From assembly GCA_963701295.1 (NCBI GenBank), contig OY969585.1:1344001-1408000 (forward strand): a stretch of 64,000 bases of DNA. Reading direction: 5' to 3'. Below the pieces are notes generated by a model. That model was not told the DNA's origin. It was given only the letters and a program-made list of their open reading frames with translations, and did not search any database. Shown here piece by piece: positions 52,244-61,884 of the stretch (position 1 is its first letter; the number at the start of each line of letters is the position of its first letter). A program made the translations under genes and the position numbers. The DNA comes from Ignavibacteriota bacterium (GTDB lineage Bacteria > Bacteroidota > Ignavibacteria > UBA10030).

Positions 52244-53026
52244 ATGAGATGTTATTGTATCAAAATATTTGGAATTCTAGTATCAGTTCTCGTTTTCTGG
52301 GGATGTCCATCGATTCCACTAAAAGGTGAAAAAGAAATCACCCAAAAACCGGAAATCATTCTTCACATTGCCAGCCTGAATCTCGGCAATTTCAATAAAC
52401 GCATAGAGCAAAAATATATTGTTGAACTTGCGAAAGTACTGAAACGTGAACAGGTGGAAGTGCTCGCAGTCCAGGGGATCTCGCGGTACCTCGGTGTCGC
52501 ATCGCGCGTCGATTTTGTCGATGAGCTTTCTGCAAAAACAGATTGGCGGAATGCATTTGGCGAGATGATGAACATTTCTGGTCGTCAAACCGGCAATGCT
52601 GTTTTCAGTTCCTATCCAATTCTTTCGCAACACAATCAAACATTCGATCATCTGAAGACAGCAAGTTTTGAGGCTGCTTTGCAAGCAACAATAGATGCAG
52701 GTGTGCATTCGCTAGTTGTTGTCAGCGTGCAAATGCCACCCAAAGCAACAGCGGAAGAAGAAGCACAATGCATACGGCTTATTGCTGCATCGAATTCTGA
52801 TGGAAGCAGTCAAACAACTGTCATCACTGGAAATTTACCTTCTTCGGAAGCGGTACACACTTTAAATTCATTTAACGAGGTTCTACAATTCGAATCTGCC
52901 AGAGGCACAACACCAAGTGTTTGGTATTCGGCAAACGCATCGTCTCAACTGCTTGCATCGCGCATAGTGGAAACAGAACTTGGCAGGCTTATTATTGCAC
53001 AATTGGGATTATTTCGGCAGAAATAG
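52244..53026 (+). CDS. Lipoprotein with endonuclease/exonuclease/phosphatase fold, catalytic residues degenerate
   Basis: Lipobox FWGC; GNAVFSSYPI retained; QE, TH, GD and SDH motifs replaced. Confidence 0.7.
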   Translation: MRCYCIKIFGILVSVLVFWGCPSIPLKGEKEITQKPEIILHIASLNLGNFNKRIEQKYIVELAKVLKREQVEVLAVQGISRYLGVASRVDFVDELSAKTDWRNAFGEMMNISGRQTGNAVFSSYPILSQHNQTFDHLKTASFEAALQATIDAGVHSLVVVSVQMPPKATAEEEAQCIRLIAASNSDGSSQTTVITGNLPSSEAVHTLNSFNEVLQFESARGTTPSVWYSANASSQLLASRIVETELGRLIIAQLGLFRQK

Positions 53027-53267
53027 CCAACAAGAGCCATGAAGTAGCTTGCGAATCAGAAATTTGGACTAAGTGCTATTTGGACCTTCAATATATCGTC
53101 CTTGGATATCGTCTTAAGAACTATTATAATATATGGGTATATTGTTAAGTATTTGTCTTATGGGAAAACAAGAGGTAAGACAGACGACATCATCGCTTCC
53201 GAATTCCTGTAAACAATAAAAAACAACTTCGGAAACTGTATTCTGGAACAACAATAAATCAGGAACA

Positions 53268-54461
53268 ATGTCTGAAGAAAAAAAACTTGATCCCCAGGCT
53301 TTAAAAGAGCGCATCGGTAAGCATTTGCGAACTGCGGATGAATTTACGCACCAGCAGCGGTATGAAGAAGCTCTCATGGAAATTGAGCGGGCGCTTGAAA
53401 TAGATCCAAAGAATAACTATGCACGTTCCTTCCTCGAGCGAGTCAAGTTGATGCATAAACGTTCTCAACCGAAAGAACTTGACCAAGCGGTATCGGAAGA
53501 AAAATCAGAGGAAGAACGAACAGCTCTTATTTCTCAACATCTTTCTAAGGCAGAAGAGTATATTAACAAGAAAGATTATGCACATGCATTGGAGGAAGTT
53601 GCACGTGTTTACAAAATAGACCCAAAGCATTACTACGCACAAACCTACTCCGAACGAATTGATATTCTTATGCAAGATAAGAGTATTGAAAATGATAAAC
53701 CTGTAGCAACCTTTGTCCAACCCGCAATACCGGATGTTCCGCCTCTACAATCTCCCACAAGAGGCAGTACACTGATGTATTGTGAACTTCTCAAAGAAGT
53801 ATGGTTCGATGGAAAAATAACCGAACAGGAGGCTCATGAACTTAGTACGTTGCGCGAGCTTTTTGGCATCACGCATGAAGAGCATATAAGACTCGAACGG
53901 GAAACAAGAATTGAAGCGTATCTGGAAGCGTTGCGCATTGCATGGCGCGATAATAACCTCAGCGGTTTGGAACAGAAGGCGCTACAGATGATGCTCGATA
54001 AATATGGTATCTCTAAAGAAGAGCAAGCAGAAGCAGAATCACGATATGCAGAGATCAAGAAATCGTCGAAGTCACGAGGCACTATCCTTGTTGTTGATGC
54101 AGATCGACAGACTCTAGTATCATTGAGTAAAGGGCTGCAGCATCACGGACTAACTGTCCTTTTGGCTCAGAAAGCAGAAGATGCGCTGCAGATTCTCAAC
54201 ACTCATACACCAAATATTATCATTTCCGAGATTCTTTTTCCCAAGGATCAAATGGATGGAATAGGATTTCGCAGAAAGTTAAGCGAGCATTCGGCTCTCA
54301 AGCGAACACCGTTCTTTTTTATTAGTTCCATTACCGATAAAAAGGTGATCCATGCATGTTATCGATTAGGCGTCGATCATATTCTTATAAAACCAATCGA
54401 TATGAAAATGCTATTATCAATGATTGAAGGAAAACTTCACGTTTCACCTTTGGATAAATAA
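53268..54461 (+). CDS. TPR + TerB-like repeat + atypical receiver protein
   Basis: Two TPR-like units (ALEIDPKN), two W.DG.IT..E repeats, C-terminal receiver with SEILFP. Confidence 0.75.
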   Translation: MSEEKKLDPQALKERIGKHLRTADEFTHQQRYEEALMEIERALEIDPKNNYARSFLERVKLMHKRSQPKELDQAVSEEKSEEERTALISQHLSKAEEYINKKDYAHALEEVARVYKIDPKHYYAQTYSERIDILMQDKSIENDKPVATFVQPAIPDVPPLQSPTRGSTLMYCELLKEVWFDGKITEQEAHELSTLRELFGITHEEHIRLERETRIEAYLEALRIAWRDNNLSGLEQKALQMMLDKYGISKEEQAEAESRYAEIKKSSKSRGTILVVDADRQTLVSLSKGLQHHGLTVLLAQKAEDALQILNTHTPNIIISEILFPKDQMDGIGFRRKLSEHSALKRTPFFFISSITDKKVIHACYRLGVDHILIKPIDMKMLLSMIEGKLHVSPLDK

Positions 54462-54469
54462 TCCTTTTC

Positions 54470-55834
54470 ATGTTTAAAAAGAAAATATCCCCAGTCGATC
54501 CTTTTAAAGACCGCGTCAGTAAGCATCTTCGTACGGCCGATGAATTGGTACGGCAAAAAAAATATGACAACGCCTTGTTGGAAATTGAATCCGCTTTCGA
54601 AATCGACCCTAAAAACATGTACATCCGTTCCTTCCTTGAACGCACGCGCTATTTAATCCAGAAGGAAAACGAAAGACGGGCGAAAGTATTCGATGAAATG
54701 GATATGCCCCTCGAACGCCGGATGCAAACCATTTCACGTCTGCTTGCATCCGCAGAAGAATTTATCAAAGTCAAATTGTACCATCGTGCATTAGGAGTTG
54801 TTGCGAAGGTTTATCAAATCGACCCGAAGAATCACTATGCGCAGTTATATTCTGATCGTATTGAAGAATTAATGCTTGCTGAAGCGGCTGGCAAAGGAAA
54901 CGTCGATCTCAAACCCCCTCGCCGTAGTGAACCCGAAGTGTACGCTCCCCCTGCAACTGAGCCACCTGCACTTGTCCAGGAAGACATTCCCAAGCCGACC
55001 GTACTTAAACAGGACACCGCCCCCAATCGTCCTGCACTCATGCAAGGTGACACTCCCAAGCCGAGCAAAAAAGACCAAACACAACAACAACCACTATCAA
55101 AAAGTGAGCCGCAGGAAGAAGCTGGCCGTTTTGCATTGTACCGGGAGCTTCTCAGGGAATGCTGGGCGGATGGTGTTATTACTCCTGAAGAATCTGCTAT
55201 GTTGCATCGCGTGCGCACTCAGTCATCGATTACGTTTGAAGACCATTGTCGACTCGAAGTGGACATCAAGATCGACGCGTATGTCGATGCGCTGCACATT
55301 GTTTGGCAAGACGGTGTGGTGACCGATAATGAACAGGAAGTATTGGATATTATGCGCAAGAAATTCGGAATAACACCGGAAGATCAAGCTGCGGCAGAAA
55401 AGAGATTCTCTTTATTACGCACGACTACTGAAATAAAGGAAACAATCCTGATTGTTGACCCGGATCAAGATGACTTAATTTCTATTGCGCGCGCTCTCAT
55501 TGGTCAAGGATATGACGTAAGAGTAGCACGGCACCCGGATGAGGCCATTCTCTTCATGAAAACGAATACACCTGATCTCATCCTTAGCGAAGTTGTTTTC
55601 CCGCAATTAGACACCGACGGATTTGAATTTTATCAGAAAGTGCGTTCAAATAAGCAATGGAATCATATTCCGTTTTTGATGATGACCTATCCTGGTGACG
55701 CCCGCATCGTGAGAGCAGGATTACGCATGGGTGTGGATTACTTCCTTCCCAAACCTTTGCATATCGATTTTATGGTGGCAATCGTAGAAGGCAAACTCAA
55801 ATCAGGGCGGCAGCTCACAACATCAACAAAGTAA
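54470..55834 (+). CDS. TPR + TerB-like repeat + atypical receiver protein (paralog with Pro-rich linker)
   Basis: Same architecture as the upstream gene; linker repeats PALVQEDIPKP/PALMQGDTPKP; receiver SEVVFP. Confidence 0.75.
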   Translation: MFKKKISPVDPFKDRVSKHLRTADELVRQKKYDNALLEIESAFEIDPKNMYIRSFLERTRYLIQKENERRAKVFDEMDMPLERRMQTISRLLASAEEFIKVKLYHRALGVVAKVYQIDPKNHYAQLYSDRIEELMLAEAAGKGNVDLKPPRRSEPEVYAPPATEPPALVQEDIPKPTVLKQDTAPNRPALMQGDTPKPSKKDQTQQQPLSKSEPQEEAGRFALYRELLRECWADGVITPEESAMLHRVRTQSSITFEDHCRLEVDIKIDAYVDALHIVWQDGVVTDNEQEVLDIMRKKFGITPEDQAAAEKRFSLLRTTTEIKETILIVDPDQDDLISIARALIGQGYDVRVARHPDEAILFMKTNTPDLILSEVVFPQLDTDGFEFYQKVRSNKQWNHIPFLMMTYPGDARIVRAGLRMGVDYFLPKPLHIDFMVAIVEGKLKSGRQLTTSTK

Positions 55835-55999
55835 ATTACTATAAATACTTTGGAAGAATTCTCAAGAACATACGCACATATTGATTTTTATAGTTTACGG
55901 TGTGTATGGAGTATTCTTCATAGTGTGAAACAACGTGCACCATTATCAAAAATGCACGCTTCGCATAAGTTTATTTTAGAATACTAGTCTGGTTGTGTT

Positions 56000-57229
56000 C
56001 TATTCCAAATTGATCGTCTCGCCAATTCTGGGGAGATGAATAAGCTTGAGTTCCTTTTTTCCATCCTTGGTAACCATCGCATGTTCGAAATAAAATTTGA
56101 TGCCTTTTGCTGTTTGCAAGTAGGGCGAATCCTGCAGGTGATAATGAATCACAGGTTCAGTTGCGCTGCCGGAACTTCCACATAGTGCTATCACTTGCCC
56201 CCGTGTCACCTTATCACCTACTCTTACCCGAATGCTTCCCTGTTTTAAAAAAGCGAGAACCGAATACTCACGATTGGAATGCTGAATGATAATCGCGTTG
56301 CCGATAGATGCGTAGGGATTACGCAAACCGGGAGAATTTTCGCGGATGCCGTCAATCGCTTCGACGACAGTTCCGTTTGCTGGAGCGAGCACTTCCTTTC
56401 CATACCCGAAGTAATCTTCATTTGCCTTCCCGTCATTCTTATAACGTGATCCGACCGTATCCTTTGCTGAAAATTCATATGCATACTGTTGCTGCAATAA
56501 GTTGTTTTGTACGGCACCTTCATGCAATTCTCCACCAGCGATAACAGTCCAAGTGCCCTTGAATGGGGGATACAATTCTGTTTGTTGTTTATCCGGCACA
56601 ACAGGAACAACAGGTTGTTTAACTGTTGGGCTCGTTGTTAGAGTTGATGCTGGGAGTGATGGTGCGGGTGTGGTTTGTGTTGGTATCGATTTCGGTTCAA
56701 CGTTCGGAATCGGAGTTGTTGTTTTCGCAGATGTTTGTGCCGGCGCTGGTTTTGGTTCAATGGTCTGACTTGGATTTGTTGTTTGAGTAGTAGTAGGTGT
56801 TGGTGAAGGCTTTGGTTCTTGTATTGTTTGAGGTTCAGGAATGGCATGGGTTGTAAAAATAAACCCTTTGATTTTCTCTTGATCGTTGATATAGAGTGTT
56901 AGGTCCTGAGCACCGTGCTCAAAATATATCACGCAAATTGCCTGATCTATAGCCTTAACCTGAGGCGAATCAACCCTGGTTACATTCCCATATTGGGATT
57001 CGTAATTTTTGAATAAGAGTGTTGTGTTGTTGAGTGGAAATGCAGCCGTCATTCCGGTATCGTACTCACGTTCAATTCCGGCGTAATCTTGTTTATTCAT
57101 CGCTTCAATCAAACGGCTAATGACCCTTGCAAACCGTTCAGCTCCCTGTTGCTGTGCAAAAGATGTCAGTGTCCAGATAACGATGAATAGAATTATTCCT
57201 GTTGTTTTCCTCATGGTCGTCCCTTCCAT
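56000..57229 (-). CDS. Exported protein: DUF3887-like N-domain, Pro/Thr linker, degenerate M23 peptidase domain
   Basis: Signal peptide; EPKP...TT repeats; VLAPANGTVV, GNAIII, GDKVTRGQVI. Zn ligands are altered. The start may be ATG 57214. Confidence 0.75.
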   Translation of the reverse strand: MEGTTMRKTTGIILFIVIWTLTSFAQQQGAERFARVISRLIEAMNKQDYAGIEREYDTGMTAAFPLNNTTLLFKNYESQYGNVTRVDSPQVKAIDQAICVIYFEHGAQDLTLYINDQEKIKGFIFTTHAIPEPQTIQEPKPSPTPTTTQTTNPSQTIEPKPAPAQTSAKTTTPIPNVEPKSIPTQTTPAPSLPASTLTTSPTVKQPVVPVVPDKQQTELYPPFKGTWTVIAGGELHEGAVQNNLLQQQYAYEFSAKDTVGSRYKNDGKANEDYFGYGKEVLAPANGTVVEAIDGIRENSPGLRNPYASIGNAIIIQHSNREYSVLAFLKQGSIRVRVGDKVTRGQVIALCGSSGSATEPVIHYHLQDSPYLQTAKGIKFYFEHAMVTKDGKKELKLIHLPRIGETINLE

Positions 57230-57344
57230 ACAACTCTATCTCTTATGGTATATAATACTCAGAAATCAACCCACGCTTCACCAACCGGATTGATGAAGGT
57301 TAGCACGTTTTTTAGTAAGAATCAATATCCGAATGATCCTTGTA

Positions 57345-57381
57345 CAATACAAAAGGCAGGTGTTACCTGCCTTTTGTATTG
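57345..57381 (-). terminator. Intrinsic terminator
   Basis: CAATACAAAAGGCAGGT-gtt-ACCTGCCTTTTGTATTG. Confidence 0.75.
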
Positions 57382-57400
57382 CATTTCTGACAGAATAAAT

Positions 57401-57988
57401 CTAAAACTTTCCGAACTCCAATGTTAGAACAACCGCCAGTCCACTCAAGTCGGCATTCGTTGATAGCGTGCTCTTCAATCCGTTAACGTATCGGTAACTT
57501 ACACCGCCTGCAATACGAAAGAAATGAGTCACATTCAGATTTGCGTGGGCACTGGGTTCCAGTACGAAAAATGATTCCATGGTACGATGATTATCAAACA
57601 TATCGTTAACATTGTCTTTGAATCCTATGCTGCCACCGCCGATTAATAATCCTAAGGAAAGATGAACAAGATCGTTGGATGATGCAATATACTCAAGATC
57701 CAAACCGCCGTATCCCATTTGTATGAATTAATGAACAGAATCAGTATTTTTTGCATTCACATTCGTTACCAACCCGTAGCCGGCTCCGCCAAGGACAAAC
57801 GTATGATTAATGATCCAACCACCGCATCCACCAATTAACACAGCGGTTTCCCCGTTGATACTGGTAACTTTCACAGCAGGTCCGCCAAAACCTCCGCTTT
57901 CAATATCTCCATCACCTATGAGTGTTTGTTCTTGCGAAAAAGCAGGAAGAGTTAGTATTACGAAGAGAAGAAATAGTACATACTTCAT
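57401..57988 (-). pseudogene. Small outer-membrane beta-barrel-like protein interrupted by an in-frame TAA
   Basis: ORFs 57728-57988 and 57401-57718 are in the same frame (...SVH*FIQMGYGG...); signal peptide, GGFGGP motif, C-terminal FGKF. Confidence 0.7.
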
Positions 57989-58312
57989 ATGTACTCCATT
58001 TATTTATGCAAATTTTTATTGTTATTACTGCAGATAGAACTTAAAAAATGACACAAAAAAACATGAATGTTGCACGCGATTTGTTCTTTTCCAACATTCA
58101 AAATTTCATGAAAGAGCATCATGGACTTATAATGCTATAGCGGATTATAATAAATAAAAACAAAAAAATGAATACCAACTGATTGCTCAACCATGTTACT
58201 ACCCTATCCTTCGATTGGCACAAGAGTTTAGGTTTTCGAACAGCTTATCGTGTGAATGTCAAAGGTGCAAAAATCAAGTATAACACTCTTGAGTAAAATC
58301 TCTTACCATAGT

Positions 58313-58762
58313 TTATTGCTCCTTGGGAACATTCCCGGTTGGTATGTTCATTTGCGTATGAATCTCTCGTAGCAATTTGAAAGTGAGCCAGAAAGCGATT
58401 ACTTCTAAAACCAGCACAAGTCCGAACGATCCTTCATAAAGAATTTTCCAGATCGATGAAGGTTCTTGCTGTGTAATCGGAGGTAATGCCGTGAATCGAG
58501 TAACAATATTATAGATCAAATCTGAAGGCAAGATACCAAGCAAAACAACCGCTCCCTGCCGAGCAAACTGCGTTGACAAAAAGAAGACTACCAGCAGTGG
58601 TGCCAAGCAAAGAAATAAGAGAAGCGGCATGTACGGAGTCAGAGAATAGATGAGATCAATCTTTTCGTGAGCATAACTGTTGATAACCAGCAGGGCTGTA
58701 TGAGCTGAGATGACATACATTACCTGCTTTGCCAGTGAACGGATACTTTCAGTCAGTACCAT
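58313..58762 (-). CDS. Hypothetical membrane protein
   Basis: 149 aa with about 4 hydrophobic segments and an AAGGAG RBS. Confidence 0.6.
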   Translation of the reverse strand: MVLTESIRSLAKQVMYVISAHTALLVINSYAHEKIDLIYSLTPYMPLLLFLCLAPLLVVFFLSTQFARQGAVVLLGILPSDLIYNIVTRFTALPPITQQEPSSIWKILYEGSFGLVLVLEVIAFWLTFKLLREIHTQMNIPTGNVPKEQ

Positions 58763-58799
58763 ATGTTCTCCTTTTATAAATTGAATAACAGTACATAAG

Positions 58800-59954
58800 T
58801 TATTTCTGGATGATTCTGTGCGCTAGAACGAATCGGTTCAGGAGCGATTCTTCGAAATAATTCGATGAAGGATCAAAACTGCCTAATCGTACTCCCCCTG
58901 GTACTGCACTATGAATAAATAATTTATTCCCGAGTGAGAGAGCAACATGGGTAATATGTTTCGGTTGTCTTCCTTTTGTCCTCTGGCAAAAGAAAAGAAG
59001 ATCACCTTTTTGGAGATTCTCAAAATTTTTCCCCGGATCGATTGGCATTCCTTGGTCCGCTTGCTGATCAGCATCACGGTGTAGCTCCATTCCATTCAAT
59101 CGATATACCATTTTGACAAATCCTGAACAATCCATTCCTTTCACCGATGTTCCGCCCCAAAGATATGGAATACCCAAAAACGCTTTTGCAGTCTTTTCAA
59201 GATTGTCTCCCGTGAGCACGCGGCTTTTATTCCAACCATCGAGATTCTGAACAAAGGAGTCCCGCACAAAACCTTTTCGCCCATCGGCAAGTTCCACTAT
59301 AGTCCACCCGTTATTCTTACCGCTGTTTTTCAAAATACATCCGGCAACAACATTACAAAGTGGCATTGAGGATGAGTCAGGTGTCTTACGAACGATACAT
59401 TTCAATTCTGTGATAATCACTTTGTGTGCAGTGTTCCACGTCTTCACGTCAGTTTGATCTGTCATGTAGAGTGATGCTCCATCGATCCACCCAAGATATC
59501 GGTCGGGCATTTGAATGAAGCAATATCCATCGGCCTTCTTCAACAACTTTACTGTTGTGCCCATTAATACTTGCGTTATGAGTTCTCCCTGCTTGCGGGG
59601 TTCGTGTCGAATATCTCCTACGTTGATAATGACGATACCATTTCTGTAGTTTCCCAGTGTTAGATCGGGAAGCACATAAATGCTGTCAATCACCTTTTCT
59701 TTCAAATTCTTATGCAGTGCGTCGAGCAGTGCGTTCTTTGCTGCAAGAGTATCAACTTCTCCGAAGAGTACAATTCCTGTCTTTGTCTGCTTATAAGAAA
59801 TATCGAAGACCGCCGTCCGCTTGTCCGGCGCGTACTGCTGTTGTATAGATTGAAGAATGCGTTCGATGAAACTGTTTTGATCTGTTGCTCTTGCTTCAAA
59901 GGCAAGGAGGACGAAAAAGATGACGGCGACAAAACTTATGCGATATGCTTTCAT
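58800..59954 (-). CDS. NlpC/P60 peptidase with SH3b domains (YkfC/dipeptidyl-peptidase VI-like)
   Basis: PYLWGGTS.KGMDCSG, RDADQQ, GDLLFF, ITHVA, FIHS. Confidence 0.92.
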   Translation of the reverse strand: MKAYRISFVAVIFFVLLAFEARATDQNSFIERILQSIQQQYAPDKRTAVFDISYKQTKTGIVLFGEVDTLAAKNALLDALHKNLKEKVIDSIYVLPDLTLGNYRNGIVIINVGDIRHEPRKQGELITQVLMGTTVKLLKKADGYCFIQMPDRYLGWIDGASLYMTDQTDVKTWNTAHKVIITELKCIVRKTPDSSSMPLCNVVAGCILKNSGKNNGWTIVELADGRKGFVRDSFVQNLDGWNKSRVLTGDNLEKTAKAFLGIPYLWGGTSVKGMDCSGFVKMVYRLNGMELHRDADQQADQGMPIDPGKNFENLQKGDLLFFCQRTKGRQPKHITHVALSLGNKLFIHSAVPGGVRLGSFDPSSNYFEESLLNRFVLAHRIIQK

Positions 59955-60047
59955 CGATACACTATTGAATTGTAAGCGCTGGGAAATATGTATAACAGAA
60001 ATATACAGGAAATCTCTTCCTTGGTCAAACGTTGCGGGCGTTGTAGT

Positions 60048-60689
60048 TTAGATTTGCTGCTGCAGCCAGGTTGAGATGTCTGAGAGACTTTCATCACTGA
60101 TCGTGTGCTGGATAGGATATTCGCGATAAAGAACGTTCGCGTTCGCTTGTTTAAGCAATCGATGTGCCTGTCTGCCTAATTCGATCGGAACAATGGGGTC
60201 TTGTTCGCCGTGTGCAATGAAGAATGAAAGAGCGCCCAAATCATCCCATCGATAGGATAGCCGCTCGTGTTGGGGCAGCACACCGCTGTGTGCAATGATA
60301 CCTTTGAAGCGCTTTGGACTTGAAAGCGATACCGCCAGCGACATCATTGCTCCCATGCTGAATCCAAACAGAAACAGCCTGCTTGAATCAACAGGATATT
60401 TCTGCTGAAAATCATCTAACCACAGAAGAAAAGAATCACGGCTCTTGAGAAGTTGATCGATGTTCACAGCGCCGTTCTCATCTAGGTCAAACCATGTATA
60501 CCCGCCATTGGGAAACCTGTACGGTGCCCGCACACTGGCGATGAGCAAATGTGGATCGAGGCAGGGTGTCAACCCGAAAAGATCGTTTTCGTCGGTTCCC
60601 CGGCCGTGCAGGAAGACAAGCGCCGGATGCAGACCTGATTCTTTAGTACTCAGAGGGGCGATTTTAGAGAAGAGCGATGGTGATTCCAT
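60048..60689 (-). CDS. Phospholipase/carboxylesterase (alpha/beta hydrolase)
   Basis: LHGRG, GFSMG, HGEQDPIVP, H.I triad. Confidence 0.92.
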   Translation of the reverse strand: MESPSLFSKIAPLSTKESGLHPALVFLHGRGTDENDLFGLTPCLDPHLLIASVRAPYRFPNGGYTWFDLDENGAVNIDQLLKSRDSFLLWLDDFQQKYPVDSSRLFLFGFSMGAMMSLAVSLSSPKRFKGIIAHSGVLPQHERLSYRWDDLGALSFFIAHGEQDPIVPIELGRQAHRLLKQANANVLYREYPIQHTISDESLSDISTWLQQQI

Positions 60690-60736
60690 AACAATCTGAT
60701 AAGCAAAAAAATAAGAGGAACGTAGAAAAATGACTA

Positions 60737-61141
60737 TTACTGTTTCGATGATCGGATCAACTCGTCGATGCTGCTGGGGCGCAGCAACATTAAGATAGAT
60801 GAATGTGAGACAATGAGATACTTTTCGCCTTCGAATTCAACTTCAATAGCGGCATCACGTATGAAAATAGCGTAATCACCTTCTTCAGCCTGCAGGGGAA
60901 GGTACTTGATAGGATCTTTGGGAGTTGTAGACCATGATTCCTGATCCATGAATTGCGGATTAGGCACCGCATAACCTGGACCAACGCGTACCACGTATCC
61001 GCTCTGGACCTTGTCTTTTTCCTTCACACCGGGAGGGAGATATAAGCCATGATTTGTCCGCTCACTCTCTTTATCGGGGGCGAGGAGTACCTTATCGCCG
61101 ACAAGGATAATTTTATTCCTGGATTTCAATTCCATATTCAA
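60737..61141 (-). CDS. Divergent GroES-family co-chaperonin (orphan)
   Basis: GDKVLL, GLYLP, GYVVRVGPG, EVEFEGEKYLI; carries an insertion; no groEL adjacent. Confidence 0.85.
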   Translation of the reverse strand: MNMELKSRNKIILVGDKVLLAPDKESERTNHGLYLPPGVKEKDKVQSGYVVRVGPGYAVPNPQFMDQESWSTTPKDPIKYLPLQAEEGDYAIFIRDAAIEVEFEGEKYLIVSHSSILMLLRPSSIDELIRSSKQ

Positions 61142-61166
61142 TTCATAATTTTTTTATCACAATTCG

Positions 61167-61241
61167 TCGGGACGGCGGGATTTGAACCCGCGACCCCTTG
61201 CACCCCAAGCAAGTGCGCTAGCCGGGCTGCGCCACGTCCCG
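61167..61241 (-). tRNA. tRNA-Pro (GGG), CCA not encoded
   Basis: CGGGACG acceptor stem, CTTGC-TTGGGGT-GCAAG anticodon arm, GGTTCAAATCC T arm. Confidence 0.96.
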
Positions 61242-61404
61242 AAGAAAATCGAGGTTTCTAAAAAGATATTACCATTCAAAAACCTACGAATTAAATCTAC
61301 AAGTCACCCCTTGGCTACCCAACGGTAACCACCAGCCTATTGGTTACTTGTTTGTCTAATATAGCAATATGTATCACGTTTAGCAATTATGAATTTTGCA
61401 GTGA

Positions 61405-61467
61405 GCCTGCCCGCCATACTTTATATTTTGGCGCGCTCATTCCGCCAGCTTGAGCGCCTGGTTAGGC
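61405..61467 (-). repeat. Truncated attC (left arm intact, right arm lost or eroded)
   Basis: GCCTAACCAGGCGCTCAAGCTG...; the cassette stop codon TAA lies inside GCCTAAC; interrupted by a TGGCGGGCAGGC mini-element. Confidence 0.7.
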
Positions 61468-61842
61468 CGCGACATTAGAAACATTTCGTGTCCGATACCA
61501 ACATAAAAGAAATAAAAAACCAGGGGTTGTAAAAACCAACCAAGCCCAGCCATTTGGAAACTTACTGGCGGTTGCAAAATGAAAGATATAAAACATTACT
61601 AAGCTTCCCACTGTGATGCTTCCTCCAATGCCTTCTTGCCACCAAGCAAGAATCATTCCAATAGAAATCCCAACAGGAAAGAATAATAGCCCAATCCATT
61701 CTGTCGGCCTAATCAGTGTAGGGCTGAATCCTTCACCTACAATGAATAATAGTATGAAGCCAATGCTCACAATACTCAACATTCTTGCTGTCCAACGAAT
61801 TATGTGGGTTAATCTAGGCTGAGACTTATTCGAATTCTCCAT
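61462..61842 (-). CDS. Cassette-borne 4-TM membrane protein of unknown function
   Basis: 126 aa, four hydrophobic helices, bounded by GTTAGGC and GCCTAAC. Confidence 0.75.
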   Translation of the reverse strand: MENSNKSQPRLTHIIRWTARMLSIVSIGFILLFIVGEGFSPTLIRPTEWIGLLFFPVGISIGMILAWWQEGIGGSITVGSLVMFYIFHFATASKFPNGWAWLVFTTPGFLFLLCWYRTRNVSNVAA

Positions 61843-61884
61843 GTTCTCATCCTTTCATAAATATTCTAGTCATACCTTTTAGCC

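Noticed and set aside
61317-61323. GTTGGGT (minus strand) as the right end of the second attC
   Set aside because: Fits GTTRRRY, but the adjacent L box does not pair convincingly with the left arm.
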